From assembly GCA_040752575.1 (NCBI GenBank), contig JBFMGK010000007.1, forward strand, positions 1-33,422: a stretch of 33,422 nt of DNA, read 5' to 3'. Shown here in pieces: positions 1 through 8,377 of this stretch. Each line of letters starts with the position of its first letter. Position 1 is the first letter of the stretch. The notes beneath the pieces were generated by a model. The model was given only the letters and a program-made list of their open reading frames with translations, had not been told where the DNA came from and did no database searches. The translations under genes and the position numbers were made by a program. Source of the stretch: Candidatus Bipolaricaulota bacterium. GTDB taxonomy: Bacteria; Bipolaricaulota; Bipolaricaulia; UBA7950; UBA9294.

Positions 1-238
1 CGAAGCGCAGCGTCTGGGGGCCGTCGCAGGCAAGCTGCGACGCTACAGGGGTTCTTGGGACGCGACGTTCAACACGTGCGCGCGCGTCCTGCACATCAAG
101 TCGCGCCATCTGGGGCCGTCGCAGTCTGGCCCAACGTCGGGTGTCTCATCGCAGCCGCTGTTGGGCTGGCGCTGCGCCGAACGTCGCAGACAAGCTGCGA
201 CGCTACAGGGTTCTTGGATCCTCGGCCGTGCGTGCCGC
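1..238. repeat. REP/BIME-like mosaic repeat block downstream of pepT
   Basis: Hairpins CGTCGCAG-N5-CTGCGACG-CTAC at 22-46 and 182-206 (reverse complement starts GTAG). Long-loop variant at 117-176. Bases 1-29 are identical to 13268-13296, and 117-238 aligns with about 12923-13068. Confidence 0.85.
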
Positions 239-288
239 CACGAAGGGCGGGGCGGCCACTGTCGCAGCGCGCGGACGCGGCCGGTGTC

Positions 289-1542
289 CTACGCCGGCTT
301 CTCCTGGGCCCACAGCGAAACGAGTTGAACGCACGCCTCGAGCGACTTCTCCATCTCGAGCACGCTGGCCCACTCCCGCGGGCCGTGCGGGTTGTGGACG
401 CCGGCAAACAGATCGGGCGTCGGCAGGCCCCGTTCGGTGAGCTGCGATCCATCGGTTCCGCCGCGCGCCGGCTTCACTTTGGGCTCGACGCCCGTCCGGC
501 GGACGGCCTCGAGGGCCAGCTCGGCCGGCCTCATGTCGTTCTCCAGCACGTAACGCATGTTGCGGTACTGGCGCGTGATGGTGCACTCGACGGCGGCCCG
601 CGGTTCGAGCGCTGCCACGGCATCGGCGGCCGCCTTCACGGCGCGGCCGAGGGCTTCGAGGCCCTCCAGCTCGAAGTCGCGCAGGATGAAGTCCAGGGTG
701 GCCTCGGCGGCTGTCCCTTCGGCGCGCACAACGTGCAGGAACCCGTCGCGGCCGTCGGTCGTTTCCGGCGAACGCGCGTAGTGCGGCAACAGGCTCACGA
801 GCTTCGCGGCGAGCGTGAGCGCGTTGACCATCTTCCCCTTCGCAATGCCGGCGTGGATGGCGACGCCGCGGATGCGGACGGTCGCCCGGTCGGCGGAGAA
901 CGTCTCGTACGTGACCTCGCCGAGGCCTTCGCCGTCCAGCGTGTAGGCGACGTCGGCGCCGAACTCCGCGAGTTCGAGGTGGCCGATGCCGGTACCGGTC
1001 TCCTCGTCGGGCGTGAAGGCGAACCGCAGCTTGCCGTGAGGGATTGACGGGTCGGCGAGCAGATGCTCGACGAGCGTTACGAGCACGGCCACGCCCGCCT
1101 TGTCGTCCGCGCCGAGCAGCGTCGTGCCGTCGGCGGTGACGATCGTGTCGCCGACGCGGGCGGCCAGGGCGGGGTCCTCCTTCGGGTCGAGCGTGACGGC
1201 TGGATCCCCGGGTAGACGGATCACGCGCCCGTCGTAGTTGCGATGAACGATGGGCTTGACGTCGTGCGCCGCGAAGTCCATCGCCGTGTCGACGTGGGCG
1301 AGGAGCCCGACGACCGGCGCGGGCGCGTTGACGGTCGAAGGAAGCGTGGCAAGCAGGAATCCCGCGTCGTTCAGCCGGACGTCGGCGACGCCGAGGCGCC
1401 GAAGCTCCTCGAGCAGCATGCGCTGCAGGTCGAGCTGTCCGGGCGTCGTGGGGACCGACGACGACGCGTCGTCGCTCTGTGTCGCGACGCGCGCGTAGCG
1501 CACCAGGCGCTCTTCCAGTTTGGCGCGAAGGGCTTCGTTCAT
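289..1542 (-). CDS. pepT: Peptidase T (tripeptide aminopeptidase, M20B)
   Basis: Motifs AHVDT, LLGADDKAG, FTPDEE and RGGTDGS...GLPTP. ATG at 1542 overlaps the upstream stop (ATGA). Confidence 0.95.
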   Translation of the reverse strand: MNEALRAKLEERLVRYARVATQSDDASSSVPTTPGQLDLQRMLLEELRRLGVADVRLNDAGFLLATLPSTVNAPAPVVGLLAHVDTAMDFAAHDVKPIVHRNYDGRVIRLPGDPAVTLDPKEDPALAARVGDTIVTADGTTLLGADDKAGVAVLVTLVEHLLADPSIPHGKLRFAFTPDEETGTGIGHLELAEFGADVAYTLDGEGLGEVTYETFSADRATVRIRGVAIHAGIAKGKMVNALTLAAKLVSLLPHYARSPETTDGRDGFLHVVRAEGTAAEATLDFILRDFELEGLEALGRAVKAAADAVAALEPRAAVECTITRQYRNMRYVLENDMRPAELALEAVRRTGVEPKVKPARGGTDGSQLTERGLPTPDLFAGVHNPHGPREWASVLEMEKSLEACVQLVSLWAQEKPA

Positions 1543-2144
1543 GCGGACCTTCCTTTCTCCTCGCGGGCCTCGCCGGTCACGATCGACGGGAGGCGGTCGC
1601 TCTCCTCGGGATGGCGGGCGAAGTAGGCGTCCCGCGGCAGGCTCATGATCACGGCGTCGAGCAGCCGGCCGTTCTTGAATACCGACTCGCGCAGCCGCGT
1701 GCACTCGGCGAACCCCGATCGTTCGGCGAGCGAGATCGCGTGGGGATTTCCTGAGTGCGTCCACAGATGAACCTCGCGCAGGCCGAGTTCCTGGAACAGG
1801 AAGCGCAACAGGACTTCCTGCGCATCGAACGCGACACCGGTGCCCCAGAACTCCTTGGCGACCATGATCCCGATGCTGGTCGAAAGGCGGTGAGCCTCGT
1901 CGTTGTAGGAGATCACGCCGGCGAGTCGCCCGCTCGCCCTTTCGACGATCGCCAACCGTGCGCTGTTGCGCTCGAACGAGAACTCCCGCGCCTGGAATCG
2001 CTTCACGTACATCGCTTCCGTCGTGTCGGGCGGAAGCGATTTGCCCCACGCCTGCGTGTCCAGATCGTTGCGCAGGGCGGCGAACAGCTTCTGGTCGGCG
2101 AGCTCCTCCTCGCGGAGGATCACGAGTCTGCCCTCAAGCGCCAT
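1539..2144 (-). CDS. GNAT N-acetyltransferase, RimJ/RimL family
   Basis: MALEGRLVILRE start, acetyl-CoA motif EFWGTGVA, LF.ELGL, N..AI.LAERSGF. RBS GGAGG before ATG 2144. Confidence 0.88.
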   Translation of the reverse strand: MALEGRLVILREEELADQKLFAALRNDLDTQAWGKSLPPDTTEAMYVKRFQAREFSFERNSARLAIVERASGRLAGVISYNDEAHRLSTSIGIMVAKEFWGTGVAFDAQEVLLRFLFQELGLREVHLWTHSGNPHAISLAERSGFAECTRLRESVFKNGRLLDAVIMSLPRDAYFARHPEESDRLPSIVTGEAREEKGRSA

Positions 2145-2703
2145 GGAACCTCCGTCCGGCCGCGATCCACTCCCGACGCAAGAGATCGAAGGCCACCTCG
2201 TCGTAGAGCCGTCCGTCGCGCACTCCGCCGCACGGGCACCTGCCGGCTTCGCGGAAGCCCAGATGTCGGGCAAACGAGATCGCCTCGTGGTTCCACGAAG
2301 ACGCCCATCCGGAAACGACGTGGGCCGGCGTCTGCAGGAACAGGTACTCGACGGCGAGCGTGAGCGCCGCGGTCCCGAGACCGCGGCGCCTCGCGTCGGA
2401 AGCCACCACCACGCTGGCCGAGGGACAGTGCGGGTCCCATCCCCACTCGGCGCGCACGTGGCCGAGAACCTCGCGCGTGCGCGGGTCGGTGACGGCGAGC
2501 GTCCACGCCGCCTCCTCGCGCCCCCAGAGGCCGAAGAGGTCGTGGATCTGCACCAGCGCCAGCGGCGCGTCGTTCGAGATCTTCCCGGTCACGTAGCGGC
2601 GCCCGGCGAGGTCCGGCTGGTTGAGGTACGAGGCGACGGCTGCGGCGTCCTCGGGCTCGAACGCTCGGAGGGCGACGCGTTCGCTCTCGAAACGCAACGT
2701 CAC
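2134..2703 (-). CDS. GNAT N-acetyltransferase, RimJ/RimL family
   Basis: ESERVALRAFEPED, ARRRGLGTAAL, WNHEAISFARHLGFREAG. GTG at 2703 with RBS GGAGG, overlapping the upstream stop (GTGA). Confidence 0.85.
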   Translation of the reverse strand: MTLRFESERVALRAFEPEDAAAVASYLNQPDLAGRRYVTGKISNDAPLALVQIHDLFGLWGREEAAWTLAVTDPRTREVLGHVRAEWGWDPHCPSASVVVASDARRRGLGTAALTLAVEYLFLQTPAHVVSGWASSWNHEAISFARHLGFREAGRCPCGGVRDGRLYDEVAFDLLRREWIAAGRRFHGA

Positions 2704-4613
2704 GGGGAACCTCCTTCGACTTCCGCCGTCGGGGCCGGCGTCGTGGCGGGGCCGGCTCCGTCCGGCTCCGCGAGCCCCGAGCGCTGTACGACGATCCGAT
2801 CGACGCTCACGCCGCCCTCGCGCGACCTCAGCGTGAGTTGATGCTCGCCGGCCGCGAGATGCTGGGACGAGACCGCGCGCACCCACGTCCAGGTTTCGAC
2901 CGCCGCCCGTCCCCCCGAGACGGCGACAGGTCCGCCTCGCAGCGAAACCCACAGGGCATCGGAGCGCTCGCCGCCGAGGAACGGACCCCACGTCGACGGC
3001 GCCGAGAGGCGCAGCCAAACGTCGTACGAGCCTCCGGCGAGCTGGAGATCGTAGACAACGCCGCGCGTCGCCTCCCACTCCCGGGGGTTCGGATCGATCA
3101 CGTTGGGATCTACGAGGGCGCCCGCTCCCAAGGCGGTCGCTCCGCCGTCGCGAGCGATCCACGTTCCGTCGAGCGAGTCGCTCGGCCTTTCCGCTTCGAA
3201 AGCGCAGATCCCTTCGCGTTCGATTGCGATGCGCGGCCCTTCGCCGAGCGGGTTCTCGAACCACGCGACCGCGACGACGGCCGGAAGGGCGCTCGCATCG
3301 TAGAACGGGGCCATGACCGCGCCGTCTTCCCACCATTCTTCGCAATTCGCGACGATGTCAAGATCGCCGTCTCCGTCGATATCGATCACATGGAGCTGAT
3401 CCCACTTCTCGCCGAACACAGGAATCAGCATCGTTCGGCCCGAGCCCCACTTCACGACGTGGGTCGTCCACGCGTCGCGCACGGGGTCGGCGGGCGCCTC
3501 CATCCAGAAGAGGGCTGCCTTGTCGCCCGGCAAGAGACCGGCGTCGTGAATCAGGGCCGCCGCAAGGTCCAGGCGTCCGTCGCCGTTCAGATCGGCAGCG
3601 CGTACGGCGCGGCCGAGCCACTGTGTCGCGCGGTCCTTCATCAGGACGACCCTCTCCCACGTCACCGGCGACGTACCTGTCTTGCGGAACCAGTAGATCG
3701 CGTCGCGAACCTGCGTCGCCAGATCTCGTCGGCCGTCACGGTCCAGGTCGGCGACGGCGATCTGGGGCTTGGCGAAGAACTCCTCGCCTCGGTAGATCAC
3801 GTGCTTTGTCCAGGAAGCGGCCGCGGCAACCGCACCGGAGCCCGGGTTCTCGTACCAGACCAGCTCCTCTTCGGCCTCGGGGGTGTCCCAGTCTGCGTTG
3901 GCCAGAGCGAGGTCCAGGTCGCCGTCTTCGTCCACGTCGTCGAAGGCGAACCCGTGGCCGCTCCACTGGTCGGGGTCGATCGGATGGACGACCCAGCGCG
4001 CGAGATCGCGCGGCAGGTCGGCGGGAACCTCCAACCAGACCAGGCCTGTCTTCTTGCCGTTACCGGCGTGCACCCGGCCCCCGGCGACGACATCGAGCCG
4101 CCCGTCGCCGTCGAGATCGGCGGTCTGGACGTAGAGAAAGTGCCCGGCGTCCATCGTCGCCGAAACCCTGCCGCCGTCGGTCCAGCCTTCCGTTAGGGGT
4201 TCCCGCCCCCGGCCCCAGAGCACCCGGATGCCGGGCGAGCTTCCCTCGTAGCTCGTCATCGAGGAGTAGCCCTGGGCGACGAGGATGTCGACGGCGCCGT
4301 CCGCGTCTAGGTCGGCGAGCGCCGCGTGCTCCGGGTTCACTCCCGCCGACGGCGAACGCGGCGCCGACCACGCGTCGGCCGTCGGCCAGGCGCGCGCGGC
4401 GTCCGCGGGGCCGGGGTGAAGCGCGACGACGACGCGCTGGTCGAACTCGTAGTTGGTCACGTAGTCGATCCAGCCGTCCCCGTCGACGTCGCCCGGAGAG
4501 AGCGCGTTCGCGCCGCGGAATCGAGCGTCCACCTCGTGCATGACCCACGGCACGGCTCCCGCGCTCTCTAGACAGGCGACGACCAGAGCGAACCCCACGA
4601 TGAGTCGGCGCAT
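2700..4613 (-). CDS. Secreted FG-GAP/VCBS-repeat beta-propeller protein with a C-terminal jelly-roll/CBM-like domain
   Basis: Signal peptide MRRLIVGFALVVACLESAGA. About seven D-x-D/N-x-D-G-x-x-D motifs. C-terminal FEAE...YDVWLR...LAAGEHQLTLRSRE..VDRI. RBS GGAGG. Confidence 0.8.
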   Translation of the reverse strand: MRRLIVGFALVVACLESAGAVPWVMHEVDARFRGANALSPGDVDGDGWIDYVTNYEFDQRVVVALHPGPADAARAWPTADAWSAPRSPSAGVNPEHAALADLDADGAVDILVAQGYSSMTSYEGSSPGIRVLWGRGREPLTEGWTDGGRVSATMDAGHFLYVQTADLDGDGRLDVVAGGRVHAGNGKKTGLVWLEVPADLPRDLARWVVHPIDPDQWSGHGFAFDDVDEDGDLDLALANADWDTPEAEEELVWYENPGSGAVAAAASWTKHVIYRGEEFFAKPQIAVADLDRDGRRDLATQVRDAIYWFRKTGTSPVTWERVVLMKDRATQWLGRAVRAADLNGDGRLDLAAALIHDAGLLPGDKAALFWMEAPADPVRDAWTTHVVKWGSGRTMLIPVFGEKWDQLHVIDIDGDGDLDIVANCEEWWEDGAVMAPFYDASALPAVVAVAWFENPLGEGPRIAIEREGICAFEAERPSDSLDGTWIARDGGATALGAGALVDPNVIDPNPREWEATRGVVYDLQLAGGSYDVWLRLSAPSTWGPFLGGERSDALWVSLRGGPVAVSGGRAAVETWTWVRAVSSQHLAAGEHQLTLRSREGGVSVDRIVVQRSGLAEPDGAGPATTPAPTAEVEGGSP

Positions 4614-4708
4614 GATCCTCCCGCGGGCGCGGCCGCCCGCGAGGCGATGCTACGGAAACGCTGCGACCGGGGCCAGCCCCGCCACGGGACGCGGATCGGG
4701 GACGTCCG

Positions 4709-4714
4709 TATACT
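4709..4714 (+). promoter_or_regulatory. Putative -10 box (TATACT) of a leaderless transcript
   Basis: TATACT lies 6 nt before GTG 4721 and there is no Shine-Dalgarno. It is an AT-rich hexamer in very GC-rich context. Confidence 0.5.
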
Positions 4715-4720
4715 GGTCCC

Positions 4721-5227
4721 GTGCTGACACGGGGCGCGGCGCGCGAAGCCAGGCTGTGGTACTGGAACCGTCTATTCCACGGCGTTGCGGTCGACGAACT
4801 CGACCTGACGCCCGCGCTGTTGTGCGCCGACCCGCAGGACGCCAGCGAGGCGAGGGCCTTCGCCCTATTGCGGGCGTGTGCCGCGCTGTTTGCGAGTTCG
4901 CGCACGGCCGTCTGCTGCGCGTTGCGCATCTCGATCCTCTACTGGTTCTCGAACGTCGGCCGCCGCCGCGGCGCGGCGCGCGAGCCGCTGCGGCCGAAGC
5001 GCTCGGCCTTCCACCTCGGCGAGGCCGTCGGCACGGGCCTTACCTGGGATGAAGCCGTGGCGCTGATGGGCCACCAACCGATCGACTTCTCGGCGTACCT
5101 GAAGCTCCTCGAACTCCTCGAGGCCGAGGTCGCTCGGCAGTGGACCGAGCACTTCCCCCAGCCCAGCGTGCGAAACGGATTCCTGGGCGACGGCGGGAGC
5201 GAGGGACGGCATGTCTCACCTCTTTGA
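4721..5227 (+). CDS. Hypothetical protein, possible highly divergent ECF sigma factor/HTH regulator
   Basis: 168 aa. YWFSNVGRRR resembles sigma region 2 (TWLxxIARN). LRPKRSAFHL...GLTWDEAVALMG resembles sigma region 4. It overlaps a downstream zf-HC2 gene. Confidence 0.5.
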   Translation: MLTRGAAREARLWYWNRLFHGVAVDELDLTPALLCADPQDASEARAFALLRACAALFASSRTAVCCALRISILYWFSNVGRRRGAAREPLRPKRSAFHLGEAVGTGLTWDEAVALMGHQPIDFSAYLKLLELLEAEVARQWTEHFPQPSVRNGFLGDGGSEGRHVSPL

Positions 5228-5936
5228 GGACGAGCTGCTCAAGGCGCTCGAGGGCGAAGTCGCTGCGCAACGCGGACCTCACCTGGACGAGGGCGAGATC
5301 GGCCGTTGGCTCCGGGGGCGTGTCAGCGGGAGAGAGGCTGAGGCGCTGGCCCAGCACCTCGCGGCGTGTCACGCGTGCCGCGGGCGCCTCAACGAAGCGC
5401 GCGAACCAGAAACGGAGATGGCCGCCGCTCGACGACTGGCGATCCCGCGCACCGCGCGGCGCCGAGTTGCCCCGCTGCGCGTCCTGGGCTTTGCTGGCGC
5501 ACTTCTGGGCGTTGCCGCGGTCTTGATCTCGCTCGGACACACGCACGGCGTGCCCTCCGGCGCGGCGCTGCCGGCGGGGGCTCGCGCTGTCGAGGCGCCC
5601 GGTGCGGCCGAGGAGGCGGCGCCCCTGACGCCCGCGGCCTTCGCGCGTGAGGCGGCGACGTTCTCTGAGTACCCGGCGTTTCGCGCCGCCGCGTACACGA
5701 TCGGCCTGCTGCGGAAGTACGGGGTTCCGCTCGAGGCGCCGTCGCTCGCTTTCCGTTCGGCGACGATCTACATCGCCGAGCCCGGAGATACCTGGGAGCG
5801 TGTCGCAGAGCGGGCGCTTGGCGACCCGGCGCTGTGGCCGATCGTGCTTCTTCTGAACCTAGACCTTTCGCCCGACGGGGCGTTCGTGCCCCCCGGCACG
5901 TACCTGCGCGTGCCGCACTCGGAGGCGGGCGCGTGA
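5211..5936 (+). CDS. zf-HC2 (ZAS) anti-sigma-like membrane protein with C-terminal LysM domain
   Basis: PHL...HLAACHAC (HxxxCxxC), TM segment VLGFAGALLGVAAVLISL, and LysM-like YIAEPGDTWERVAERALGDPALWPIVLLLN...PPGTYLRVP. Confidence 0.8.
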   Translation: MSHLFEDELLKALEGEVAAQRGPHLDEGEIGRWLRGRVSGREAEALAQHLAACHACRGRLNEAREPETEMAAARRLAIPRTARRRVAPLRVLGFAGALLGVAAVLISLGHTHGVPSGAALPAGARAVEAPGAAEEAAPLTPAAFAREAATFSEYPAFRAAAYTIGLLRKYGVPLEAPSLAFRSATIYIAEPGDTWERVAERALGDPALWPIVLLLNLDLSPDGAFVPPGTYLRVPHSEAGA

Positions 5937-8377
5937 CCGGGCGGCTCGCGCTCTGCCTCGCCGTCGTCGCCCTGGTCTCGTCGGCTGCGGCGCTTGGCGG
6001 CTCCTACGCGCTTGTCGTCGGCGTCTCGCGCTACAGCGATCCGAGCGTCGCCGACCTTGAGTACGCGGCGTCGGACGCGCGCGAGGTCGCGCTTCTTCTC
6101 GAAACGGCCTGCGGTTTCTCGCGCTCGGACATCCTGATGCTCACCGAGGAAGAAGCGACGCGCGACGGAATCGTCGCCGGCTTTGCCTGGCTGGGCGAGC
6201 GCGCCGGGCCGGGAGACACGCTCGTGATCTACATGGCCGGCCACGGGACCACGACGGTCGACCGCGACGGCGACGAGGCCGACGGCGACGGCGTCGACGA
6301 GGCGTTCCTGCCGCAGGATGCCGCCCTGCTGGATCCCGCGACCTACCTGGTCGACGACGAACTCGGGGCGAGGATTGCGGCGCTCGAGTGCGGTGCGGTG
6401 ACCTTGTTCCTCGATGCCTGCTACAGCGGCGGGCAGAGCCGCTGGGTCGGCGCGCCGGTGCCCGAGATCGACGCCCGCGATTCGGTGGCGCGCGACGTGC
6501 TCACCGCCGGGCTCGGCGGTCCGGCCCGCGCCGTGCTCGCCGCCTGCCTGCCCCAGGAACTCGCCTACGAGAACCCGACCCTGCGAAGCGGGGTGTTCAC
6601 GCACTTCCTCCTTGAAGGCCTGAACAGCGACTCCGCCGATGCCAACGGCGACGACGTCCTGGCGTTGTCGGAGCTGTCGGAGTACGTGATCGGGGCGGTT
6701 TCGACGTGGAGCGCGACGCGCGCCGAGAAACAGACGCCCGTCCTCGACATGCCGCCGGGCCACCACACCCCGGTGGGCCCGGGCCTCTCGCCCGGCCGTC
6801 GCGCCGCACCGCGGCTCGTCGTCCACTTCCCGTTCGACGACGATCTCGACGAGAAGGCCGGCGGGTACTCCACGGTGAATCGCGACGCGGAGATCGTTCC
6901 CGGCATCATCGGAAGCGCCGGACGGTTCGACAACGCGGTTGGCCACACGACCTACGTCCGCACGACCGACGCGTACGCACCGCTCGAGGGGCCGTTCGCC
7001 GTCGCGCTGTGGTTTCGCTCGGACCGGATCGTCTCTGGGCAGGGTTTCCTGTTCTCGTCCCACGCGCGCTACAACGACTACGGCCCCGAGTACGGCGTCG
7101 TGATGGCTGCCGACGGCTCGCTCACCTTCCGCACCGACGACGAGCGCGGACAGAATCACCGTCAAGATCTCGCGACGACGACGTACCGCTGGGACGACGG
7201 CGCCTGGCACCATTTGGTCGTCCAACGCCTGGCGGACGGCCGCAAGGAGATCTGGGTCGACGGCTGCCTCGAAGCCACGGAAACCTATTCCATACAGGAC
7301 CTTCGCACGGCCGGGCAGCCGCTGACGGTCGGCGGCAGCGCGTACGCGGCGTGGTCGTCGAACCGGTCGTTTGTCGGCGACCTCGACGACTTCCGGGTCT
7401 ACTCCGGTGCGCTCGACGCGGAGCGGATCTCGGCGCTCGTCTCGATGGGCGTCCCCGATCTGCCCGTGACCTTTGCCGACGCCGTTGTTGCCGACGCCGT
7501 CCGATCCGCATCCGGGCTCGCTGCCGGCGCGGCGCTGTCGACCCACGACGCGCTTCGCGTTCGAACGCTCGAGATCGACGCCGAGCGCGACCTCGACCTG
7601 GCTGGAATCGAGGCGTGCCGAAACCTTCGCACTGTTCGCCTACGCGACGCCGGCATCTACGACCTCGGGTTCGTTCGAAGCCTTCCGGCGCTCGTCGACC
7701 TTGCCCTCCCCGGGAATCGCATCGCGCGGCTCGAGCCGCTTGCCGTGGCGACCAGCGTCGAGGTCCTCGACCTCTCGCACAACCAGATCGCCGATCTGAC
7801 ACCGCTCGCGAAGATCCCGTTCCTCGCGTACTTGTCACTGTCGTGGAACGAGATTGGCGATCTCGGGCCGCTCGTCGGCCTCACGAAGATGAAGGAACTG
7901 GCGCTCCGCGGGAACGCGATCATCGACCCCAGTCCGCTGGCCGCGCTGACCTCGCTGCGGCGGCTCGACCTCGGCCAGAACAACGTGCGCAATGTGCAGC
8001 CGCTCGTCTCGCTCGACAAGCTTGTGTCCCTCGCGCTCGACGGCAATGGCCTGTCGGACGTGGAGCCGCTCGGGCGGATGCCGGGGCTCGAGGAGATCAA
8101 CCTCTCGTGGAACGCGATCGCCGACGTCGCGCCGCTTGCCGGGCTCGAGTGGCTGGGCGACTACACGATGGACACGCTCGGGAGCTGGCACGGGGCGACG
8201 CTCGAACTGGCCGGGAACCTGATCGCCGATCCGCGCCCGTTGCTGGATCTCGTCGGCCTCGGGCCGGGCGACTCGCTTGACGTCTCGTGGAACCCGTTCG
8301 ACGCCGTCACCGCGGAGGAGGCGGCGCGGGTCTTCGCCGAGCTTCGCGCGCGGGGGATCGTCGTCCTTACCGACTAG
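5933..8377 (+). CDS. Secreted caspase-family (peptidase C14) protein with LamG and leucine-rich-repeat domains
   Basis: Signal peptide, YALVVGVSRY, catalytic dyad YMAGHG / LFLDACYSGG, GVFTHFLLEGL, QTP. LamG motifs WDDGAWHHLVV and FVGDLDDFRVYSGAL. About 9-10 22-aa LRRs. GTG 5933 with GGAGG at 5921-5925 and a GTGA overlap. Confidence 0.88.
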   Translation: MTGRLALCLAVVALVSSAAALGGSYALVVGVSRYSDPSVADLEYAASDAREVALLLETACGFSRSDILMLTEEEATRDGIVAGFAWLGERAGPGDTLVIYMAGHGTTTVDRDGDEADGDGVDEAFLPQDAALLDPATYLVDDELGARIAALECGAVTLFLDACYSGGQSRWVGAPVPEIDARDSVARDVLTAGLGGPARAVLAACLPQELAYENPTLRSGVFTHFLLEGLNSDSADANGDDVLALSELSEYVIGAVSTWSATRAEKQTPVLDMPPGHHTPVGPGLSPGRRAAPRLVVHFPFDDDLDEKAGGYSTVNRDAEIVPGIIGSAGRFDNAVGHTTYVRTTDAYAPLEGPFAVALWFRSDRIVSGQGFLFSSHARYNDYGPEYGVVMAADGSLTFRTDDERGQNHRQDLATTTYRWDDGAWHHLVVQRLADGRKEIWVDGCLEATETYSIQDLRTAGQPLTVGGSAYAAWSSNRSFVGDLDDFRVYSGALDAERISALVSMGVPDLPVTFADAVVADAVRSASGLAAGAALSTHDALRVRTLEIDAERDLDLAGIEACRNLRTVRLRDAGIYDLGFVRSLPALVDLALPGNRIARLEPLAVATSVEVLDLSHNQIADLTPLAKIPFLAYLSLSWNEIGDLGPLVGLTKMKELALRGNAIIDPSPLAALTSLRRLDLGQNNVRNVQPLVSLDKLVSLALDGNGLSDVEPLGRMPGLEEINLSWNAIADVAPLAGLEWLGDYTMDTLGSWHGATLELAGNLIADPRPLLDLVGLGPGDSLDVSWNPFDAVTAEEAARVFAELRARGIVVLTD

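Noticed and set aside
1543..2049. N-terminal extensions in the ORF track (pepT to 2049, GNAT to 3345, PPTase to 10013, dehydratase to 11737, wzx to 30564 and others)
   Set aside because: The extensions overlap upstream genes in other frames. Internal starts with RBS or ATGA/GTGA coupling fit the family lengths.
5768..8280. Long alternative-frame ORFs (5768-7546 minus, 6706-8280 plus; likewise 55-1047, 2838-4196, 9041-10318, 11101-12372)
   Set aside because: Arg/Gly/Pro-rich shadow ORFs overlapping well-supported genes, as expected in high-GC DNA.
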